DNA of 62,897 bases, filler included, from Octopus bimaculoides (Eukaryota): the NCBI RefSeq assembly GCF_001194135.2. It is 6 parts of 6 records of this genome, joined end to end, with 100 filler letters (N's around TTAATTAATTAA, not from the genome) between each part and the next. Parts side by side here need not be neighbours in the genome. Positions count along the whole stretch, not along the records: positions 20,731 to 40,123 come from NC_069005.1; positions 40,224 to 43,628 come from NC_068993.1; positions 43,729 to 47,989 come from NC_068996.1; positions 48,090 to 61,526 come from NC_068983.1; 2 more parts are not named here. The stretch is one strand, 5' to 3'. This document shows, in pieces, positions 38,101 through 52,119 of the stretch (position 1 is its first letter; each line of letters starts with the position of its first letter). The notes beneath the pieces are model-generated. The model was not told the origin of the DNA, made no database searches, and saw nothing but the letters and a program-made list of their open reading frames with translations. The translations under genes were made by a program, and so were the position numbers.

Positions 38101-38919
38101 TCCATTTCTCTGAAAGTTCTGAGGAAATAAAGTTGACGGGGCATTTGTGATGTCACGAAGTGGGGTTCTTTTTAAAAGCCGTTTATATCAATTAAATATT
38201 ATTGAGAAGTACTTCAGACATTTGACCGACTGCCATCGTTTTCTCAGTCATCGATATTTCTAGAAAGCTTTACTGAATTTGTCATGTCTGTCCCATCTGC
38301 AACATGCTTGGAAACCATTACTCTCCTTTCGTAATATTTCCTCATCATTATTATTAATATTAATAATTTCCTTTCCTTAACGTAAATCCGTTACCCCGAA
38401 TTATAACAAACTCCATCTTCTCTAAAATAAATATATGGATCAAGCGAAATGATTTCTATGGCAACAAAATGGATAAATAAATATTTATTCTTTTACTTGT
38501 CTCAGTCATTTGACTGCCTCTATGTTGGAGCGCTGCCTTGAAGGGTTTTAGTTGAACAAATCAACCCCTAGGACTTATTTCTTAAGCCTAGTACTTATTC
38601 TATTGATTTTTTGCCGAACCGCTAGGCTATATATATATATATAATAAATGAGTATATGCATATATACGTACATGTATGTACATACTTACATCTACCTGTA
38701 TATATAGATGCATATCTGGGTACAGGACATTGCAAACAAAGCGTAGACAAAATGATAAACGAGTACAGATGTATGTATATAAAACTTTTAAAATATAAAG
38801 GTTGTGTCTATATAATACATGTGCGCGCTCGTATATATGTGTATGAATATGTCCGTATATATATTTGCATGTATACACATATATATATGTATGCATGTAT
38901 GTGTGTATGAATATATGTA

Positions 38920-38954
<35 letters not shown>

Positions 38955-40223
38955 GTTTGTCTCTTGTAAAGAAGTGGTGATTTTAACAGATGAATCTTAT
39001 CTTCGTTTTGTTGTCAACCTGTTGAACTTTGTTGCCATAGAACTAAAACAATATAACAAAAAAAGAAAGCAAATGTAAAACAAATAAACTTAAATCGTTC
39101 CCGCAAATTAAATTTTTTCATTAAAAAAAAAACCCCACACAAATTATACAACCGGGGGCAGAGAAGACACCAGGTAACGACCTTCATTTATTTTTGTGTC
39201 CAATATATTTCTAAAATTGCCATCAGCTTTTATATTTTTTGAAAGACAAAACATCCTAATTTGCTGCCAACTTCGACTTATTTTTCGACATCCATTTCTA
39301 TATCTGAGCCGTTGTCCAATTTAAGGCTCAACTCTGAGCTTTTAATAAGCATTTAAACCCTTCGGACTGTTGGGGGTTTAATGTTATTTTATCATTACTA
39401 TTTTGTAGTTGATTTGTCCCAGTTTTTATCACGTCTACACATATATAAAAAAAAAAATTATCTAGTCGCTTAATTATAGTGTTTATCATAAATGGGACTT
39501 AATTTTTATTTAATAAAACTTATAGATTATTGAAGACTTCTTGTATTAATTTTTGCTTTCTTTCTTTCTGTTACAAATCTTTTCTGTTCAATGGCATGTT
39601 TAACCCCAGGCCAGCCGTGACTAAGAAGACCCTATGATCATCAAAGTCATGAGAAGGACGAGTTAGGTTGTCCTGTTAAGGCCTGACCGAATTACTATTA
39701 ATTTAATGTGACCTATCTTTATTTAAGGCAACGTAATGGTTAAGACTTGAGGGAAAATTGGCTGCTATTTCTAACCGCTTGAGCAACCAACCGCGCGGCG
39801 GTTCTCTCGTTGGTTCCATTTCTATGTAGTAAGTGGTACTTCTGGGATGTTTCAATGGACACATGGAAAATTGGAATGCTGCCGTTTCTGAAATAATTTT
39901 CTAGAGGCCCAAAAATGAAATTACAAATGCAAAACCGTAAATATAGATATATTTGTTTGTACAGTTACGTTTCCATCGTCTCTATAATTTATTTCATCAC
40001 CATTTGATTTGAAAACATTATTGAGGAAACATTTGACAAATGGTACCAAAAGAAGAACGTTTCTGGAAAGTTTAAAACACATTAACATTTCCATTTTCTT
40101 ATTTGAAGCTGGAAATGTCATCCNNNNNNNNNNNNNNNNNNNNNNNNNNNNNNNNNNNNNNNNNNNNTTAATTAATTAANNNNNNNNNNNNNNNNNNNNN
40201 NNNNNNNNNNNNNNNNNNNNNNN

Positions 40224-40406
40224 GGTCGGCCAGGCGGCGCCCCGTTTATCCGATGTACAGGGATTGGCAGAGAGAGCAGGAGAGGCAATATATGATGTTG
40301 GTAGACGTGCAGGTGAAGGAGTCGGTGATGCGATAGGGTCGGTGATGGGTGCTGGTGAGGAGGGTGGTGTTGGAGAGGTAAGGGCAAGTGCGGCAGCGTG
40401 GGCGGG
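40224..40406 (-). mobile_element. Penelope-like element GIY-YIG endonuclease fragment
   Basis: RPRCRTCPYLSNTT...ITDSFTCTSTNIIYCLSCSLCQSLYIG*TGRRLAD: CxxC, N(I)IYC and YIG(E)T.RRL motifs; internal stop. Confidence 0.9.
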
Positions 40407-41621
40407 AATATATATATATATATATATATACATATATATGTATATATATATATATATATACGTACATACATACATACATACATATGCCTGTATGGATCAA
40501 AACAGTTCGATTCAAATTCGTTGATACTCTTGAGTTTCAAGCACATTTTGTGTGTCTATGTGAGTGCGCATGTATTTGCGTGTTTGTATATGTATATATA
40601 TATATGGATGGATATATACATACATATAAACATATATATGTATATAGGTATATGTATATGTATCTACAAATATGTGAACAATATATATATGTATATATGC
40701 ATATACACTTGTGCCTGTGTATATGTGCTCACACAGAGGTAGGTGGAGGTGCGGATGTTTTCATATAAACAAATATATAAACCAGATCTCTTTAATCTAT
40801 GTTTTCGTGAATCTCGATTCGCAAAACTTTTAAGTTGACATTTATAACCTTGCGCAAATAAAATCATTCAGGAAAAAGAAAATTGAAAATAGATATTACT
40901 TTAATCGAAAAAGTATATAAATATACATACAAAGATGCGCAAGCGCGACACACGCACAAACAAACAATATATTTATAGATAATTATGTAAATAAAAAGTA
41001 TATATACATATAAATGCTTGTATGGACATACTAATGTATATGTACAAGTTCTTATATATACGTATTCATATATATATATACATAAGCGCCTACAAAAGAC
41101 GTACATGAGTACACGTAAGTACGTACAAGTGTGTGACCGTCTAATTGTACGCACAGGCACATATGTACGCATGTATGTTTGCTTGCAATATATATATATA
41201 TATATATANNNNNNNNNNNNNNNNNNNNNNNNNNNNNNNNNNNNNNNNNNNNNNNNNNNNNNNNNNNNNNNNNNNNNNNNNNNNNNNNNNNNNNNNNNNN
41301 NNNNNNNNNNNNNNNNNNNNNNNNNNNNNNNNNNNNNNNNNNNNNNNNNNNNNNNNNNNNNNNNNNNNNNNNNNNNNNNNNNNNNNNNNNNNNNNNNNNN
41401 NNNNNNNNNNNNNNNNNNNNNNNNNNNNNNNNNNNNNNNNNNNNNNNNNNNNNNNNNNNNNNNNNNNNNNNNNNNNNNNNNNNNNNNNNNNNNNNNNNNN
41501 NNNNNNNNNNNNNNNNNNNNNNNNNNNNNNNNNNNNNNNNNNNNNNNNNNNNNNNNNNNNNNNNNNNNNNNNNNNNNNNNNNNNNNNNNNNNNNNNNNNN
41601 NNNNNNNNNNNNNNNNNNNNN

Positions 41622-41671
<50 letters not shown>

Positions 41672-42817
41672 TTACGTACATATATATGTATATATACTTA
41701 CGTACATATATATATATATATACATATTTATGTGTGTATACACACACATATATACATATATATATATAATATAAATATATATATACACTCACACATATGC
41801 GTGTGCGTGTATTTATATATATAGATAGATATCAATTTTAGATATTTATAGTCTCTCGAATTGAAAACAACGTACGCTTCTATGGATGAATTTAAATTTA
41901 ATTCTATATTAACACACTGTTTTTATCCTTTAGTTCGTAGTTTTCTTTTTCATTCAGTACATTACATCTGGCCATTAAACAAAGAAATTATATCAGACAA
42001 TATTCAAACATATCTCTAGCGGCTCCTAATTCCAGCATAAACTAAAAATTAGTAATCAACCACCAAATTTTTGTCTCTTTGTGCTGTTTCTCTCCTTCTT
42101 ACATTTAAGAGTGTGTGTGTTTGTGTCTGTATTTGTGTGTATGTATATGTGTATATGTAAATGCATATAACTAAACGTGCGTATATGTACGTGTATCCAT
42201 ATGCATGTAGATATATATGAATAAGTAAAAATGTATATACGTATCAATGTGTATGTAAGCATAGTTAGCAGGCACACAAACATGGTAAATTTAACTATTT
42301 ATCTATAGATGGCAAAAGTGATGTACAATCTTAATTGATTTTCGATCCTTATTTGGTTTTAACAAGGATGTCTACATGACTTGACTAATCCTAAAGCAGT
42401 AAGTAGTCAATATGTTAATATACAGAATAAATCGATTTTATATATGTTTATATATATATATATAAGGTAGAATGTTTGGCGGGTATAACTACATATGGAA
42501 TGTTGGCGGTTGTTTGCCTCTGTCTTCCTTTTCTCTTGGACTTTCCTCTGTCTACTGTTTCTGAAGAAGAGCTTTGCTCGAATCATGAAACACTCTTTCT
42601 TTCCTTCCCTGATGTCATTAATACATTGCATGTCCCACGTGCTTGCGTTGTTGCTTTGTTTTCGTTGTGTTTTTTCTCCATTTTTTTTTTTTTGAGGGGA
42701 TTAATTGTATATATAATATATATATATATATATANNNNNNNNNNNNNNNNNNNNNNNNNNNNNNNNNNNNNNNNNNNNNNNNNNNNNNNNNNNNNNNNNN
42801 NNNNNNNNNNNNNTATA

Positions 42818-43451
42818 CGAGGGGAAGTCAAAAATTATCCGCACTTTCGCAATAACATATCTTTATTATCATCACACTGCCTTCTGCGCATGCGTGCTTA
42901 TAGTTGTGCTATTGTGGTCACGTAATCAAAGTTTGAGCCTGATCGCATCATCTTTCTTGCTGACTTTACAGTGTAAGCATAGCTGCTGCACCAGCAATGT
43001 GCACCAAAGAAGAACAAAGAGCAGTGATCCAACAGATAGTAATGATGAACCGGTTCACCATTACCATCTGTTGAGCTTGCTGAATCTTCTCGTCAGTAAT
43101 AGAGGTTGACAAGCATTCTGCACCCTCTTCGTGCATCACGCTTCTCCAGCCACTTTTAAACTTCTCGATCTTCAGTCATACACATTTCTACGCGATAGTG
43201 CACTGTCCCTATATTGAGCTAAAAGCCTTGCGACCAGAGAAATCAGATCAGTGCTCTGTGTTCTTCATTGGTGCACATTGCTAGTGGAACGGCTATTCTT
43301 ACATGTAAAACGAGAAAGAAAACTGGCGCGATCCGGCTCAAACTTCGATGAAGTGACCACAATTATACCAGCTAAAAGCATGCATGCACAGAAGGCAGAG
43401 TGACAATGATAAATTATGTCGTACGTGCAGATAATATTTCACTTCACCTCG
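42818..43451. mobile_element. Fold-back mariner derivative: two transposase 5' ends in inverted orientation
   Basis: TA|CGAGGGGAAGTC at left, CACCTCG at right; + ATG 42997 MCTKEEQRAVI; - ATG 43278 MCTNEEHRALI*...QYRDSALSRRNVYD*..IEKFKSG. Confidence 0.85.
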
Positions 43452-43589
43452 TGTATATATGTAGGCTTAGCTGTTGCATTCTTCTACAATCCTCGACCGC
43501 CGAAAGTCTTGTGAGTGGATTTTGTAGACGGAAAGTGAATATAAGCCCGTATATAATATATATATATAGGCACAGGCGTGGCTGTGTGG

Positions 43590-43628
<39 letters not shown>

Positions 43629-44163
43629 NNNNNNNNNNNNNNNNNNNNNNNNNNNNNNNNNNNNNNNNNNNNTTAATTAATTAANNNNNNNNNNNNNNNN
43701 NNNNNNNNNNNNNNNNNNNNNNNNNNNNTATATATATATAAGGAATATGAGCAATTTAGTTCACTTATGCTCTACACAAGTAAGTAGATTGCGTAAGTGC
43801 TATAACAGGGTATCCGTTAGTCTCAAAGATCACAACTGTATGGGGGTACTGACCCATTACTTGAGATATCTCAGAAAGAGCTGTAAGCCTTCTACTCCAT
43901 TTTTGATGCACCATTACTCTAATTAAATATTCTAAATGACCTGAAATGGTCGTCTCGCCTTGGTTTTACATTTTCCGTTACTAAATATATACATAGACAC
44001 ATGAATGTATGCATACGTGTATATACTCACTCACACATCGTATAAATTTTAATCACCAGTGTACTGGCAACACGTGCACACACTCCACAATGTGTATTTC
44101 TTTGTGAGTGTGTGCGTGTGTGGATACATTTGCGCGCACACTTACATTACACACATATGTATT

Positions 44164-44209
<46 letters not shown>

Positions 44210-44554
44210 CGTGCGTATGTGTAATTACCTTTTCAGCGATTGGTGCATTCCAAGAACTGAAGCATAATCTCATTTCCTTGTGGGTTTAATCGGTGCATGT
44301 CTTGCGTTGATCGGTGTACTCCTTCCTTTTGTATGATGTAATTTAATCGGAGTCCGTCGCACTGGCAAACTTGAACATTAAATTCATTACGTCATACAAA
44401 AGTATCTTGCTTGCCAACCACATAGTTCCGGGTTCAGTCCCACTGTGTGGCACCTCGGTCAAGTATCTTCTACTATAGCCTCGGGCCGACCAAACCCTTG
44501 TGAGTGGCTTTGGTAGACAGAAACTGAAAGAAGCCCGTCGTATATATACTTATA

Positions 44555-44598
<44 letters not shown>

Positions 44599-45589
44599 CG
44601 TCTGTGTTTGTCTCACACTATCGCTTGACAACCAATGGTGGTGTGTTTACTCAATGCTTACAGCTGTTGATTTTGTTTTACACTTGTTTTCGCCATGGTG
44701 CATTGGATTAACAATGAAAAGCGTTCGAGCAATGCTGTGATTATCCAGTCTTTTGCATTACAACTGTAATATCTTACGTGAATTATCAAAGGTTTGGCAG
44801 TCATGTAATTTTCATAGTAAAACAGTTGTGCTTCAGTTGTAAGAGATTTGGTTGCTATTTCTAGAAGGTTAAAAAAGCGTCCGCTTGTGACTTGTTTCTT
44901 TTTATTTCCGTTTTATGTCTTTTTTTGGAGGCAGTTTCCTTCCGTGTCATAGAAGATATTGTCCACAGAACAGCAAGACAGTTGAGCTTATTTGAGATAC
45001 TTCTAGGAAATCATGAGACATTTTAGCAAATTTGTCAGAGATAGGGAAAGATCTTGGAGAATGATATTCATACGTTTTGAAGAATTTGAGCATTAGGTGA
45101 AGTTTTTCGTTTCCATCTTTCAGAAACAACCATCTCCATTCGAGTGAAAAATCAGTTTACGGTAACAATCAATTAATCACCTCGAGTACGGAGAATCCAC
45201 TGTGGCGCTTGTGAAGTCTTCTCTTTCTAGCTGTCACACCCCATCGCTCGAAGCTCCAGTGGATGTTCAAAGCCAGATAGAAGTGAGAGTGTGCCTATGT
45301 CATCCCCTAATAAGATAGTCACCTAGATTTATTAACCAAAACATAATGCCATCTACAAGCTCATACTCGCTTGCGTGTGATGGCTACAATTGACCACAAC
45401 TGCCCAACGAACGGGAACGTGAAACTCCGAGTAGCAGTCTTTTTGTGATATTTTTGTGATGTTTTTACAGCTTCAATTAGAAAGCATACTAATATACCTC
45501 CGGGATTCGAGTACTATTTTTTCCAACCGTCTTCCATATCTATGTGCTTACTCGGGTTTGTGTGTGTGTATTTATATACAGGGAGAATT

Positions 45590-46425
45590 CACAAAATTTA
45601 AAAAAAGACGAAGACAGGTGGTGTAGACAACAAAGAGTTGTATTAGTTTAACGCTCGGGAAGTGAAAAGGTCTTTAACGTTTCGAGCCTACGCTCTTCCA
45701 CAGAAAGGAACACAGAAAGAAACAAGGAGAGAAAATGAAGAAGGTGCGCGTGCGTGTGTATAAGGGAGCATGTATGTGCGTGTCGAAGAGGGCTGGTGAC
45801 CTTGACGTGTGCGTGTGTGTATGTGTAGGTGTGAAGTTGTGGGGCTGGGAAGTGGTTAGTGCTAGTGTGTGCGTGGTGGTGTGATGTGATGCAGTGTTGT
45901 GTGGTATGGTAGTGTATGGTGTAGTGGTGTGTGGTGTGGTGTGGTGTGATGGTGTTGGAATGTGGGGGAGGCGAAAGTGAGTAAAGCAAGAGTGGGGTAT
46001 GGGTTAGGCTGAGGGTATGGGTAGAAGTGGAGTATGTAGAGTGGGTGTAAGGGATGTGATGGAGTGGGATGGGATGGTAAGGGAAGATAGGGTTGGATTG
46101 TGTGGGGGTGGGGTTACGAGGGAGCGGTGACGATGAAGAGAAAGAGGAAGGGAGAATGTAGGTAGGAGTGAATAGAAGAGAGAAGGAGGGAGAGAGAAGA
46201 AGAGAGAGAAGGAGAGTAGGAGTGAAGAGAAGTAGGAGTCGAAGCAAGAGAGGAGAGGTGGGTGGGAGGAAGTAGGTGTGAGAGGGAGAGAGGAGAGGGG
46301 AGGAGGTTAGATGAAGAGGAGTGGAGTGTTGAGCCCATGTGGTGCAAAGGAGCGAAAAGAGAAGAGAGAAGTTCACGGCGCAAACGGGAGCCCGGATGGC
46401 CCCTGTACAAGGACAATCCGAACAC

Positions 46426-46461
<36 letters not shown>

Positions 46462-46640
46462 TTCAAAAAGGAAAAAGACAAGAAAACAACAACAAAAAAC
46501 AACGTGAGGACGTGATACAGATTATGTTACTAGACGCTCGGGAAAGGAAAGAGAGAGAATATGACGTTTCGAGCGGACCTCTTCGTCGAAAACAAGGAAA
46601 GTCCAAAGAAGGGAAAAACGGAGGAAGAAATAATCGCNNN
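45590..46640 (-). mobile_element. Penelope-like relic: pLTR-type repeat, endonuclease C-terminus, low-complexity 3' region, second pLTR-type repeat
   Basis: 46428-46307 reads SVFGLSL.RG...SRL and (frameshift) APHGLNTPLLFI*; GAAGAG..GCTCGAAACGT motifs at 46561-46590 and 45672-45707. Confidence 0.72.
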
Positions 46641-47431
46641 NNNNNNNNNNNNNNNNNNNNNNNNNNNNNNNNNNNNNNNNNNNNNNNNNNNNNNNNNNNN
46701 NNNNNNNNNNNNNNNNNNNNNNNNNNNNNNNNNNNNNNNNNNNNNNNNNNNNNNNNNNNNNNNNNNNNNNNNNNNNNNNNNNNNNNNNNNNNNNNNNNNN
46801 NNNNNNNNNNNNNNNNNNNNNNNNNNNNNNNNNNTTTGGCTGTTTATCTGTTAGTGTGTGTGTGTGTGTGTGTGCTTGTGTGTGTATGTTTGTCGTGTGC
46901 CGTTGTGGAAGGAATTAGTAGCAGGAATAATTTGGGAGTGGTTGTGGACAATGGTCACTTGAAAGTGGGCAGGCAGTTTTTGAGTATGTGTGTGTGCGTG
47001 TATGTGTGTGTTGTGTGGGTGGGATTTTCTAGCAGTGTGTGCCTGTATTTTTGTGTGCGTGTGTGTATGTGTATATATATGTGTGTGTACGTGTGTGTGT
47101 ATATGCGTGTGGTTTGCTCTGTGGATCGCACGTGGGTTATTTCGTGTGTGTGTGTGCGTGTATATGCGTAATATGTGTGCGTGTATGTGTTAATGTTTGT
47201 TGTATGTGTATGTGGGTTCGTTTGTGCATGTGTGTGTATGTGTCTTTTGTGTGTGTGCATGTGTGTGTGTGTGCGTGTGATGTGTGTTCGTGTGTGTGTA
47301 GACAGGGGGATTGTGTGTGGAGGTATATGGGCGTTTTTCGCGCCTATGCATGTGTATGTGCGTGTGCGTATGCGTGTGTGGAGGGGTGTGTGTGGAGGGG
47401 GGTGCGTGTATATATATATATATATATATAT

Positions 47432-47823
47432 GAGTGGGTGTGTAGTAAGTATCTAGCTTACCAGCCACATAGTTCTGGGTTCAGTCCCACTGTGTGGCAC
47501 CTTGAGCAAGTGTCTTCTACTATAGCCTCAGACCGACCAAAGCCTTGTGAGTGGCTTTGGTAGACGGAAACTGAAAGAAGCCCGTCGTATATATACGTAT
47601 ATGCCTATGTGTGTATTTGTGTGTGTGTGCGTCTGTTTTTGTCCCCCACCATCGCTTGACAACCGATGTTGGTGTGTTTACGTCCCCGTAAATTAGCGGT
47701 TCGGCAAAAATGACTGACAGAATAAATACTAGGCTTACAAAAAAAAAGTCCTGTAGTCGATTTGTGCGACTAAAGGCGGTGTTCCAGCATGGCCGCAGTC
47801 AAATGACTGAAACAAATAAAAGA
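47432..47823 (+). mobile_element. SINE family A, full length
   Basis: Collinear with 22288-22670. Confidence 0.88.
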
Positions 47824-47957
47824 ATATATATAAGTATATATAAATGATCTGAAGATGTGATGAAGTACAACATGATGTCTCATGTATGTTTGTGTATGTG
47901 CAATTATGCATATATGGATGAATGCATGTAAGTGTGTGTGTGTATATATGAAGGATA

Positions 47958-47989
<32 letters not shown>

Positions 47990-48089
47990 NNNNNNNNNNN
48001 NNNNNNNNNNNNNNNNNNNNNNNNNNNNNNNNNTTAATTAATTAANNNNNNNNNNNNNNNNNNNNNNNNNNNNNNNNNNNNNNNNNNNN

Positions 48090-48129
<40 letters not shown>

Positions 48130-48332
48130 TATATGTATGTATGTATACATGTATGTATGTATGTATACATGTATGTATGTATGTGTGTATGTATGTATGT
48201 ATACGATCGGCCAGTGGGGTTACTTTGTGTTTCAAGTCCATAAAGCGGGTATATCTATCTTTATCTACATACACTACAGCTCTATAACTTAAAGTGTGCT
48301 TCTATATTAGATTTATGATAACTGCATATATA

Positions 48333-48386
<54 letters not shown>

Positions 48387-49279
48387 TGTGTTTGTCCCCA
48401 CCACCGCTTAACAACTGGTGTTAGTGTGTTTACATCCCTGTAAGTTAGCAGTCCGGTTTAAGAAACCAATAGAATAAGTACCAGGCTTCAATAAAAATAC
48501 GGGGATTGGTGCATTCTACTAATTCTTCAAAGCGGTGCCCCAGCTTAGCCGTTGTCTAATGATTGAAACATGTAAAAGATAATAAAGTGAGCTCTTAATT
48601 ATATTTGACTCGGGTTGGTCATTACGACTAATAAATATCGATAGCGCCCTGCTTACGATCTATAAAAATTTCCAGCCAGTTAACTTTATTACGGCCAAGT
48701 AACTTAGAGCGTTGGTTAACAGTCAACGACCAGAGCTGGCGACACTGGTTAACATATTCTAGGGTTATGGGTTCCGACAAATTTCGTAATTATAAATTCT
48801 ACTAATTGAAAGATGTATTAGTATTATTTACGTTGCCATAATCCATCCCTTCGATATATTACATGAAATCTGAAATCCTCAGAGATGAATTGAAAGTCTA
48901 TTTAGGTTGACGTTATGTTTTCATTGATAACATGAATTAAAAAAATGTTTGCCCGGCCAAACGATGCAAATACAACTTAACTGAGCATTTCGACTTGGTA
49001 ATTAATGTGTGTGTGTACTAGCAAAGTAAATTTACACGGAAACACTATTAATACATTATAGATGTCATTAGATCGACCGATGAAACATCGCAATATTTCT
49101 TTCTGCACTGCTGCCATAGCTAAAACTGTTATTTGAAAGACTAACTCGATTAATGCTTCATTTCAATAGTAACATAGACCTAATGGCTTGGAGAAACCTA
49201 TTCAAATGTAGAAATATTGGAGCTGTTTCGTTTGAAAGTTTGAATATCATCTGTACACACAGGCATACGCACGCACCCA

Positions 49280-49325
<46 letters not shown>

Positions 49326-49546
49326 CCTATCTATCTATAACAGCTAACGCTTATTTGATTCAGTCATTAGACTGCGGCCATGCTGGGGCACCGCCTTGAA
49401 GAATTCTTAATCTAACGAGGGGACAGCGGTACTTATTGTTATTAAAGCGCGATACTTATTCTATCGGTCTCTTTTGCTAATTAATGGGATGTAAACACAC
49501 CAGTACCGGTTGTCAAGCGGTTGTGGAGGACAAACACAGACACAAA

Positions 49547-49599
<53 letters not shown>

Positions 49600-50953
49600 A
49601 TACGATAAGCTCTTTTCAGTTTCCGTCCACCAAATCCATTTAGAATTCCTTTGTCGGCCCGAGGCGATAGTAGAAGACAACTGCGAAAGTGCCACGCCGT
49701 GGGACTGAATCCGGAATCATGTGGTTGGGAAGCAAGCTTCTTACCACACAGCTATACCAGCACCGATAGGTGTGTGTGCGCGTGCGCATCTGTGTGTATG
49801 TATGTATAATGTACATACACATGTGTAAATGTGTATGTATATATATATATATATATATATATTCACACACACGCATACATATGTGTATTTATCTTTATCG
49901 ATCTATCTACCAACATAAGACATATGTATGAAAGAAACGGAGCTACGTTATCTCCGAGGAATGGTTAACAACCCGTAAAATGGTCCGTCAGGAGATAACC
50001 AATGTTCTCGTGCATGGATAAACATAGAAGAAATGTGTTTCCATTTGTATTTATTCCTTGATGTCAACTAATGGCCTTTTAATATTTAAAATTCTTTTAG
50101 TAGTTCTGAGTCATGCTACGTCGTTCACAAAATATATAGCGAAACGTTATTTATTTAACGACAAACCATCTAAAGCGCAAATAAGAAAATGAGGCTATGT
50201 GCTAATGTGCTCTGCAAATTGAGAAATCGTTCATAACGAAGCTGGAAGTGTGATGGTCTTGATTGGTGAAAGAGCCAAGAATGCCTTATGTGAAGAGTAG
50301 TCAATACACCTTGCAACGATCCATCAGGAGACTTTCTTTTTTCCCTCACTTCTATAGTATAGAGAAAGCACATCGTTGCACTAACAAAAAAATTCAGAGA
50401 ATATTTCACTATTTGAATAGTGATTGTGGTACTATGCGTCGCTGGATATGTAAATGGTTGTCAATGTGAAGAATGGCCTTTTGTGCATTGAGTTCGATAA
50501 CGTTTGAGTATTTAGGTACCGAGTCATTTCAAGTGTGTGAACCCGTACTCAGTTGTGGAGTTGGCTTATTTAAAATATAAGCTGAAATATGCTCTAGACC
50601 CAGAAGGGGAACATAAACTTAACTGAGCGATATCGGCTTGTAGAAGACAGATTCGGGACAAACGGTCGAAACCTGAGTCGTCTCGTTCAATTCTTTTGTT
50701 TTTCGATTCTGAACTTAAAACTTTCCGATTTTGAACTTAAAACCCATTTGTTTAACCAGTTAAATTTGCCATCATCTTAGTTTAAACAGAAATGAATCTA
50801 AATAAGCCTATTCAATTCTAATTTAAGTGACCTAATTCAGCTTTAACACAGGTGCATATTCGCGATACCTGCAAAAGGATAGGTCCCTCCCTGGAAATTA
50901 GACGGTTTCCTTCTGCCAGATAGAAAGTAATTTTGCAGAGATAATTTTCCCAC

Positions 50954-51258
50954 ATATTAATAGTTATCGCCAAGCCAACATAGCAGTCCAAAAATTTAGG
51001 ACGAATGCTGCCGTTGATTAGCTCCAAGAGGCCATTGCCTCTAGCTAGCTATGCGACACACGAACTTGTGTCCATTATAACCTTCGAATAGGGGAGGTCA
51101 GCCGCTTCCCCTTGCTGGTCTGGCATCTACAGACTAGTTTCGAGGTATTGCCTCTTATCAATGTAGAGCAGCCGAACCCAGCAGGCATCGCTACTGACCG
51201 GCAGCATTCGTCCTATGTTTTTGGACTGCCATGTTGGCTTGGCGATAACTATTAATAT
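50954..51258. mobile_element. Long-TIR fold-back element
   Basis: 69-bp arms, 6 mismatches; shares AACATAGCAGTCC..TTTAGGACGA with 53625-53889. Confidence 0.8.
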
Positions 51259-52031
51259 CCAGTACCGCTGCCGTAGTCTCCTTTAGAGCGACTTAGAAAT
51301 ATTAATATTTCAATTTTCCCACACCTACACAGTAACAAACTTCTTTTGAGCGAGCCTTAAACCCTTTACCTACCCCCTTCCACACACATTATGGCTAACT
51401 ACTGTAAGGGTTGCACAAGAAGATTTTCAATGTAAACAGACTGCTACACACAATACAAATTGTGTTTCCTTCCAACTCATCGCAGTTGTGGAATTACTTA
51501 ACAAGTGAATAAAACCTGTAATAAGTGTAAGCTGTCTTCCGTTAATTCATTTCGATACACCCAGAAATGATCTACGTGTTACATCTTACTTGTTACAGGC
51601 TGTTTAATGAAGTAGTAATTCTTCATCATTCATTCTAACTTAGCACTGTACATTATTATAATGTTATAGAAAGAAATCTTATTTAATATTATATGCAGCC
51701 TTATAAGAAATTTATTTCTAAAACTCGATTTAACACTGAATAAATGAGCATAAATCGATTGAATGTAGGCAAAACTGATAAGGCTGAAACAAAACTAAAC
51801 AAAGGAGGCAAATGTAAGAGATGTGTGTGCACTTTAGCGTGACCTTATGCATGGAATGATTAATTAGAAAGGAGAAAAAAGTTAATTAAGAGATTCATTG
51901 AAAGAAATATTGGACTAAGCCTGCACACACGCATTGTTTCTCTCTTTCTCTCTTACATACAAACGTACATAAATGAATTCACGTCTCCATGTATTGATAC
52001 TTTTCAGGGTGCGACACAGTTAATAACATAA

Positions 52032-52119
52032 TTTGGTTTATGACATCATTTGGTTTATGACATCATTTGGTATATGACACCTTAGTTTATGACATCAGTT
52101 GGTTTATGACATTATTTGG
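52032..52119 (+). repeat. 17-bp minisatellite TTTGGTTTATGACATCA, about 5 copies
   Basis: Read directly from the sequence. Confidence 0.9.

Noticed and set aside
40264-40524. Gly/Ala-rich + strand ORF with a GAG|gtaagg donor
   Set aside because: It is the antisense of the Penelope GIY-YIG fragment.
52032-52119. CRISPR-like array
   Set aside because: Contiguous tandem units without spacers, eukaryotic context, no cas genes.
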